Assembly: GCA_023920165.1 (NCBI GenBank)
Contig: CP089281.1
Coordinates: 868,001 to 932,000 of the forward strand
Direction of reading: 5' to 3'
Origin: Curvularia clavata
Lineage: Eukaryota
DNA length: 64,000 nucleotides
Made by a program: the position numbers and the translations under genes. The notes beneath the pieces are model-generated. The model saw only the letters and a program-made list of their open reading frames with translations, was not told the DNA's origin and ran no database searches. Positions 58,346-64,000 of this stretch are shown piece by piece; the stretch's first letter is position 1, and each line of letters begins with the position of its first letter.

Positions 58346-60301
58346 TCAATCAGCATCTCCAGAATCAGAACGCGAACCAGAAAGCCAATCCAGTGACCGC
58401 CGTACCTTGTGCTTGAAGCTATCGCTCTTGGACGAAGTGTTGCCGACGGTCGCACTGCCCTTGGATCCCTCAGTTGCGTTGTCCGCGCCTGCGTCAATGT
58501 CGACAGGGCTCACATTGTCGAAGCTGCTGTCATTAGACACCCTTGACTCCATCGTGCTCGCCGTGTTGACTAGGATCAAGCTTGCCGTCATCGAATAAGG
58601 ACTGCCATAGGCAGCAGAGCCGTCAACCGTAGCCAGTTCAGGGTACTCCGAAGGTGCTGCGTCGTCGGCTGGCTCAGTGTGATCGGAGCCGTCGCCTGAA
58701 GCCATCTCAGCAAAGTCCGCAGATGTCGCATCTGCAGCCGCCTCAGTGACATCCGAGCCACAGACAGAAACATTCGAAGCCATGCTCATTGCCCTCTCGA
58801 TAGGTTCCATCTTCTCAAGAGCAGTCTTTAGCTCTTTCAACTCCAGTGACTCCTTGGTCAAAGGCATCCTATCAGGCGACACTGGTTCGTCGACTGGGGT
58901 CGAGACGCCACTCTCCTGAGGGACAATATCTCCGTGATTGTCACGCTGGTCGCCATTGTCGTCAAAGACTCCAGTCCAATTGGGCCACTGAATGAGGCAG
59001 TGCGAGGGGGCGTAGTTGACGATCTGGCTCCAGCGATTGTGAGGAGTCAGCAGAGTCCGTGGGGCGCGCAGGCCGCTGTCGATACAGTCGTCGCCACACG
59101 TCAGCAGGACGATGCGGGAAAGCTCGTGCTCGAAAGGGAGGTAGTCAACAACGAAGCCGTTAAGCTTTAGGGACCTAGTAAGCATATTTAGCTGTAGCTC
59201 ATATAACTTCTATAGACAAGAAGGTAACTTACCAGAGCGGAAGTGGCCTTGACTCCTCCAGACCTGCAGAAATGCGTGCCTTGCGCATGCAGAAAGCGTC
59301 AAGATATTCGCCCGTGCCAAAGGAATGGTGCAAGACACCCTTGCCCTCGATGCCCCTAGTATATATTGCGTCAGCCTTTGGCCAAACCACAACTCAAAGC
59401 AGTGCTTGGGAATGTATACTTACTTGTACTCGCTCTCGTTGGAATCCTGCTTCGGCACCGTCAAGCCTACGACATCCATAGCCTTACGCCAGTGATCCAT
59501 GCGAACAATCGGTTCGGCAGCCATCTGCAGGTCAACAACGCGCATGCCGCCCTCGGAAACGTTTCTGTAGGCAGTCTCCCAGACAACGGCCTGCATGGAG
59601 TCATGCATACCAAACATGCGAAGCTCCTCGAGCTGGGTTTGCTGAACAAGAGGCTTCATATCCTTCGGAGCAATGTACGACTTGTACTCGATGTCGCCGT
59701 CACGCTCAATGCGAATTGGCTGGCTAAGGTCGAGGACTAGCTTCGTCATGTTGGTGGGAAGTGTATCCCAGATCTTGCCCATGAAAGGAATTGCCGAGAT
59801 CCAGCTGCATCTCCTGTTAGAAGAAAATGCTTCAGCAAAGGGATAAATAAGTACTTACGTCAATTCCTTCAGCGCAGGCATCAGCTTGATCAGATTCGCG
59901 ATCTTGTCGACTGCTTCGCACCACTCCTGCTCCAACTCGGTCTTACCACCGGGCTTCTTCACAGTCAGTTCCCAGTTACTTCCATACCTCCTAAAGATAG
60001 AACAAGAGCATATACTCGCCTTGCACATAGACTGGCTCATGGCTACAGAGTCCTCGACCTCAGTGTTGTTATCGCACGAAGTGTTCCAGTCGCCGATGAC
60101 GTAGAGCTTGATAAAGGGCTCAGGAAACTCGTCGCCATGGACGAGGTGCTCATATAGGACCTCGGTGATATGTTTGTGGGACTTGATGGGGTTGCCTATC
60201 TGGTCGTGGCCGACGTCGAGGACAAAGCAACCGCTGGGTCGGTCGGCTTCGAGAGCCTTGCGGAGTGAATACGCACCTAGGTATTCCTTGAGATCTGCCA
60301 T
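58346..60301 (-). CDS. Multi-exon hypothetical protein
   Basis: ORFs 59855-60301, 59420-59782 and 58346-59185 plus a short exon (GIEGKGVLHHSFGTGEYLDAFCMRKARI) join in frame through GTAAGT...YAG introns. A probable GC-AG intron lies at 59957-60019. Acidic low-complexity C-terminus. Confidence 0.75.
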
Positions 60302-60944
60302 GGTTGTGGCCGAGCTCAGTGTTCCTACTTCGTTGTTTTTTTGATACAGTAGGATGCGGTGTTGGTAGACAAGAGGTGATTAGATCGAGGTAGAGACTAG
60401 TGGGATTGTAAGGGACGCTGGATTCGATTGCGGGATCGGTGATGGGTGACCGAGGAGTTATGCGTATTTGCTTTGCTGCTGGGAAGGCGCTCACCGTGAG
60501 CCGCAGCACAAACAATGACGTGAGCGCGGTTTGCAAAACGTGCACCTTCGCTGCTTCGGGCTTGCCACGTCCAGCAAACGAAGGTACACCAATTGGCTTC
60601 AGTTTGATGAAACTACATTGCAGCGTCAAAAGGGTGTACAAAATGCGTGGTATGGGTGAAAGGCCGAGTACTTGGTGGCCCCGATGAGTAATTGAGTGCC
60701 ATGCCAATTAAGACCTTGGCCGTTTGCAACAAGAAAACATCAAGAGACTATGTTTATTTGAGTATACAGCTTTACATTCATGCATATGATGCTCTTTTTC
60801 TCCGAAGCCCGTTTTCGCTCAATTTCGCCTCACACGTAATATAATACACAAATACTACTAGCTAAATAACAAGTCCGACTAAAAATGCGCAACCTAAACT
60901 AACTAGTACAGACTTGTCGCCGTCATTAGTATGCAGAAATCACA

Positions 60945-63509
60945 CTACGAGTCCCTCCTCCTCCTCGGTGGCGAGCTGGAATCTCTCCTACGTCTCGGTG
61001 GTGGACTCCTACTGTCTTCCCTGGGCCTGCCCTTACCCTTTGACGGTGGTGGGCTGGCTGACGCATGCCTGCGCCTAGGAGGCGGTGTGCTAGAATCTCT
61101 CCTACGCCTTGGGGGCGGACTCGCGCTGTCGTCTCTGGCTTTGCCTTTACCCTTGGATGGCGGGGGGCTGCTTGAGTCGCGTCTGCGTCTTGAGACCGGA
61201 GATGGCGATCGTGAAGGGGACGTGGAATATCTTCGACGGCGCGGAGGCGGAGAGCGAGATGGGGAATATGAAGGACTTCGCCCACCGCGCGCAGATTTGG
61301 ATTTCGGTGGTGGGGAACGTGATACTGAGTATGAAGGGCTGCGACCACGACGACGCGGTGCTGGTGAACGGGAGCGGGAGCGGGAAAGGGAGGATGAGTA
61401 GGAGCGCCTGCTCTTGAGTTTACGTGGCGTTGGGGAGCGAGAGCGCGAGCGGGATGCAGAACTGTAGCTGGCGCTTCGACCACGGCCGCCACGCTTGCGG
61501 TCAGGTGTGGGGCTACGTGTGTAAGATCGGCCCCGTGAACTGGACCTTGAATCTCGCCTCCTGCGGACAGGGCTTCTTGATCGTGAGTAACTGCTCGAGG
61601 TGTAGCTTGACCGCGATGAGATACTGCGGCCGTCGTCCGAATCACTCTCCGGCTCGGGCAGTGGTTTCGGCTTAGGCGCGTTGTTCTTGAGCCAGTCGCG
61701 CATACCCTCTGTGAGAACACCCATACCAATGGCAGTGAAGAAGTTAATAGAGAACCGTGTCTTGCTCTGATCGTCCGCATCTGTTGGGAAAATGCCGGTG
61801 AGGCTGTCCTGGAGCATAGGGTCCTTGAAGCGTTCAACCACCGCTTTCTGACCGAGGGAGGCCAGAAGCTCCTCAAACAGAATCTTGACAAAGATACGCG
61901 AACTAGAGGTGGTATCTTCTTCCGTCATCTTCACTACTTGGAAAACATGCCAGCCGATACCGTCGGTTGCTAACAGATGGGCGAAAAACTGGGCAATGAT
62001 GCGCAGGCGGTTCGTCTCAAAGCGATGGATCGTCTCGTAGTAGTGTGCAAACGCATCCTCGAACAGATCTGTCCACATCCTGTTAAGCTTGCAGAACCGC
62101 TCTCCGATCATGCCGTAGAACTTCTCGTACGTCCTTTCCTGGCTAGCGCACTCCACAATCATGGTAGTGAGCTCGTTCTCCAAACCCTGTGGTAAGTTGA
62201 TTCGCATGAGTTTGTGCACACACTCCTCGAAACCACCACTGCTCTTGATGGTCAAGTAGATTGTTCGGCGCAGGTTGACAAGATCCGCATTCGTCTGATC
62301 CTTGACGTCCATTGCCTTGACCTCTTCGTCCTCCTCATCTTCTGAAGATGCATCCGTATATCCGTCGTCATCGCTGCCCTCCTCTTCACCCAGGATTTCT
62401 GCCTTGATCTTTGCATACTCCGCCTCATGAGCTTCGTAGTCAGGATCGAACTTGAAAATGTTCAAGCCATCCTCAACCTTGACGTCATCCTCAAGCGTGT
62501 GATTGTGCGTAATTTGATCCTCCTCTTCAATGAGATCCAGCTCTTCCCTTACAACCGGGTTATCCTTGTACTTTGTGCGCCGAACCTCGAAAAGAACCTC
62601 AATCATGTATTGTGTGCGCTTGTCAATGTCGGCTTCGTGCAGGATGTTGCGCATCTGATCGAAGATGGCGTTGGCAATCGCCGGTTTCATCTCGTCGAGG
62701 AAAGCGCCGACCTCTTTCATAATGCCGACTGCAATCTCAACCGAATCGTCCGAGGGCTTGTTGAGCAGGAGCAGTAGAATTTCGGCGATCAAGATCTCGT
62801 GGACGACCTGCGTGTTGACGAGATGCGAAAGAAACATGGTACTCGATAGCGCCACAGCCTTGTCATTCCTCCTGAATCCCTTCCTGAACTGTACAATCAA
62901 GCGGCGGACCAGCAAATCGCCAACCTGAGGTAGCTTCGTATTCACGATAGCTACCATGGTTGCGTAGATGGGGGTAAAGGGCAAACTCGCAGCTTGCGCC
63001 TTCATGATGGCTCGGCAAAACAGACCACGTCCACGCACTAGGTTCTCAGAAAATAGCTCGGGAACTATCATCTTGATATTGGCCGTGTTCGTCTTGTTGA
63101 TCAGACCCTGGATCGACTTCTTCAGCGCCTCCCATGCCATGCGCTGGAACTCTGCGCTCTTCTTATCGGTGATGGATTTCTGCATCTCGCGCAGTCGGGC
63201 AGGTGGAATGTACGCGCCTCCAGCACGTGTCTTGGAGTCGTCAATAGGCAGCTTCCTGTTCGCGCTGAATGCATTCTGGAAGAGCTTCAATCGCGAATCA
63301 TCCTCGGGAAGGTCATCGGCAGTAGGTTTCGGTGCTGGGCGACGGCTGGCTCCTCCACTGTGATGGTCATCCTCCTCGTCTCTCCGGCTTCTCTTGGATG
63401 GCCCAGAACTCGGCCCATCGTACGGCGAGCGCTCGCGTTTGCGCGGAACATCATGCCCATCGACCTCGGGCTCTGGGGAAGGCAGTCGAACGGCAGATGC
63501 GACCTCCAT
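60945..63509 (-). CDS. CWC22: Pre-mRNA splicing factor Cwc22 (MIF4G + MI domains, RS-rich tail)
   Basis: TRAGGAYIPPARLR, FQRMAWEALKKSIQGLINK, ENLVRGRGLFCRAIMKAQAASLPFTP, LRRTIYLTI, EEDTTSSSRIFVKILF, RFSINFFTAIGMG. Confidence 0.97.
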   Translation of the reverse strand: MEVASAVRLPSPEPEVDGHDVPRKRERSPYDGPSSGPSKRSRRDEEDDHHSGGASRRPAPKPTADDLPEDDSRLKLFQNAFSANRKLPIDDSKTRAGGAYIPPARLREMQKSITDKKSAEFQRMAWEALKKSIQGLINKTNTANIKMIVPELFSENLVRGRGLFCRAIMKAQAASLPFTPIYATMVAIVNTKLPQVGDLLVRRLIVQFRKGFRRNDKAVALSSTMFLSHLVNTQVVHEILIAEILLLLLNKPSDDSVEIAVGIMKEVGAFLDEMKPAIANAIFDQMRNILHEADIDKRTQYMIEVLFEVRRTKYKDNPVVREELDLIEEEDQITHNHTLEDDVKVEDGLNIFKFDPDYEAHEAEYAKIKAEILGEEEGSDDDGYTDASSEDEEDEEVKAMDVKDQTNADLVNLRRTIYLTIKSSGGFEECVHKLMRINLPQGLENELTTMIVECASQERTYEKFYGMIGERFCKLNRMWTDLFEDAFAHYYETIHRFETNRLRIIAQFFAHLLATDGIGWHVFQVVKMTEEDTTSSSRIFVKILFEELLASLGQKAVVERFKDPMLQDSLTGIFPTDADDQSKTRFSINFFTAIGMGVLTEGMRDWLKNNAPKPKPLPEPESDSDDGRSISSRSSYTSSSYSRSRSPVRRRRDSRSSSRGRSYTRSPTPDRKRGGRGRSASYSSASRSRSRSPTPRKLKSRRSYSSSLSRSRSRSPAPRRRGRSPSYSVSRSPPPKSKSARGGRSPSYSPSRSPPPRRRRYSTSPSRSPSPVSRRRRDSSSPPPSKGKGKARDDSASPPPRRRRDSSTPPPRRRHASASPPPSKGKGRPREDSRSPPPRRRRDSSSPPRRRRDS

Positions 63510-63774
63510 ATTCGCTTACTGAGAAGGTCGCGAGTACGAGGCAGCAAAAGGAAGATAGGAAAGGTGTCCGGTGGAGGCGTGTAAAGTGACGCGCTTCGCA
63601 AAAGTTTAGTGTCCCAGACAGCTGCGGCGGCCAACGGACCGCGGTTTCGCCGACAGGGGTCTGGGCTTGGCGCGTCTCTCAGAGAGGGAGCGAAGAAGGG
63701 GACAGCGAGAGGGTTGTCACTACCAAGTCACCCTTAACTAATTCACTCGTTTCTTACTTCCACAAAACTTCGCA

Positions 63775-64000
63775 ATGGTATGGATTCAGATAAATATATA
63801 GGGATGGGAACTAACACCGTAAAGGCCGATCGTCTCGTAGGTTTCAGCATGCTCGTCGCAGCGACAGTCGTCTTCGTCTACTACACCGTCTGGACACTGT
63901 TCATGGTATGACGATCACTTGAAAACCCCCCTGCTTTGTGATTGGTACTAAACAGTCGCAGCCTTTTGTTGACGACGACCACATCCTCCATTCTCTCTTC
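63775..64000 (+). CDS. DPM2: Dolichol-phosphate mannose synthase regulatory subunit Dpm2 (3'-truncated)
   Basis: ATG-only first coding exon, introns 63778-63824 and 63906-63961: M-ADRLVGFSMLVAATVVFVYYTVWTLFM-PFVDDDHILHSLF. Confidence 0.9.

Noticed and set aside
60926..61891. Alternate-frame and antisense ORFs over the CWC22 tail (e.g. LLRLGGG repeats)
   Set aside because: Shadows of the GC-rich RS-coding repeats; no independent coding signal.

Overview
Gene-dense eukaryotic DNA from a filamentous ascomycete. Evidence is short GT-AG introns with CTRAC branch points and fungal housekeeping genes; gene content resembles Dothideomycetes/Pleosporales, which is my inference. About 23 protein-coding genes are supported: an FSH1-family hydrolase (partial), a BRCT protein with a 23-aa repeat array, WDR6/Trm734, PBDC1/Ypl225w, a Ste6-type ABC exporter, a PIN/RGG protein, TRAX, PIG-M/Gpi14, two large disordered proteins, Sed5, TFIIIA, Rpb6, S-formylglutathione hydrolase, exportin-T, Ap4A phosphorylase, a Myb-like factor, kappa-class GST, an HSDL2-like SDR, Cwc22, Dpm2 (partial) and several hypotheticals. 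I recognised no transposons, tRNA/rRNA genes or CRISPR arrays. The most striking observation is in the S-formylglutathione hydrolase gene. An intron splits its stop codon and ends in a CAG-AAG tandem acceptor: the proximal AG rebuilds TAA, while the distal AG makes TAC and adds YGSGLKGKL* (PTS1-like). An upstream in-frame AUG adds a mitochondrial-type presequence, suggesting triple targeting from one gene. Also notable are a head-to-head pair of PTS1-bearing enzymes with two CCGAGG (FarA-type) sites between them, and the divergent TFIIIA-RPB6 pair. Exon boundaries were read by eye and are unverified.
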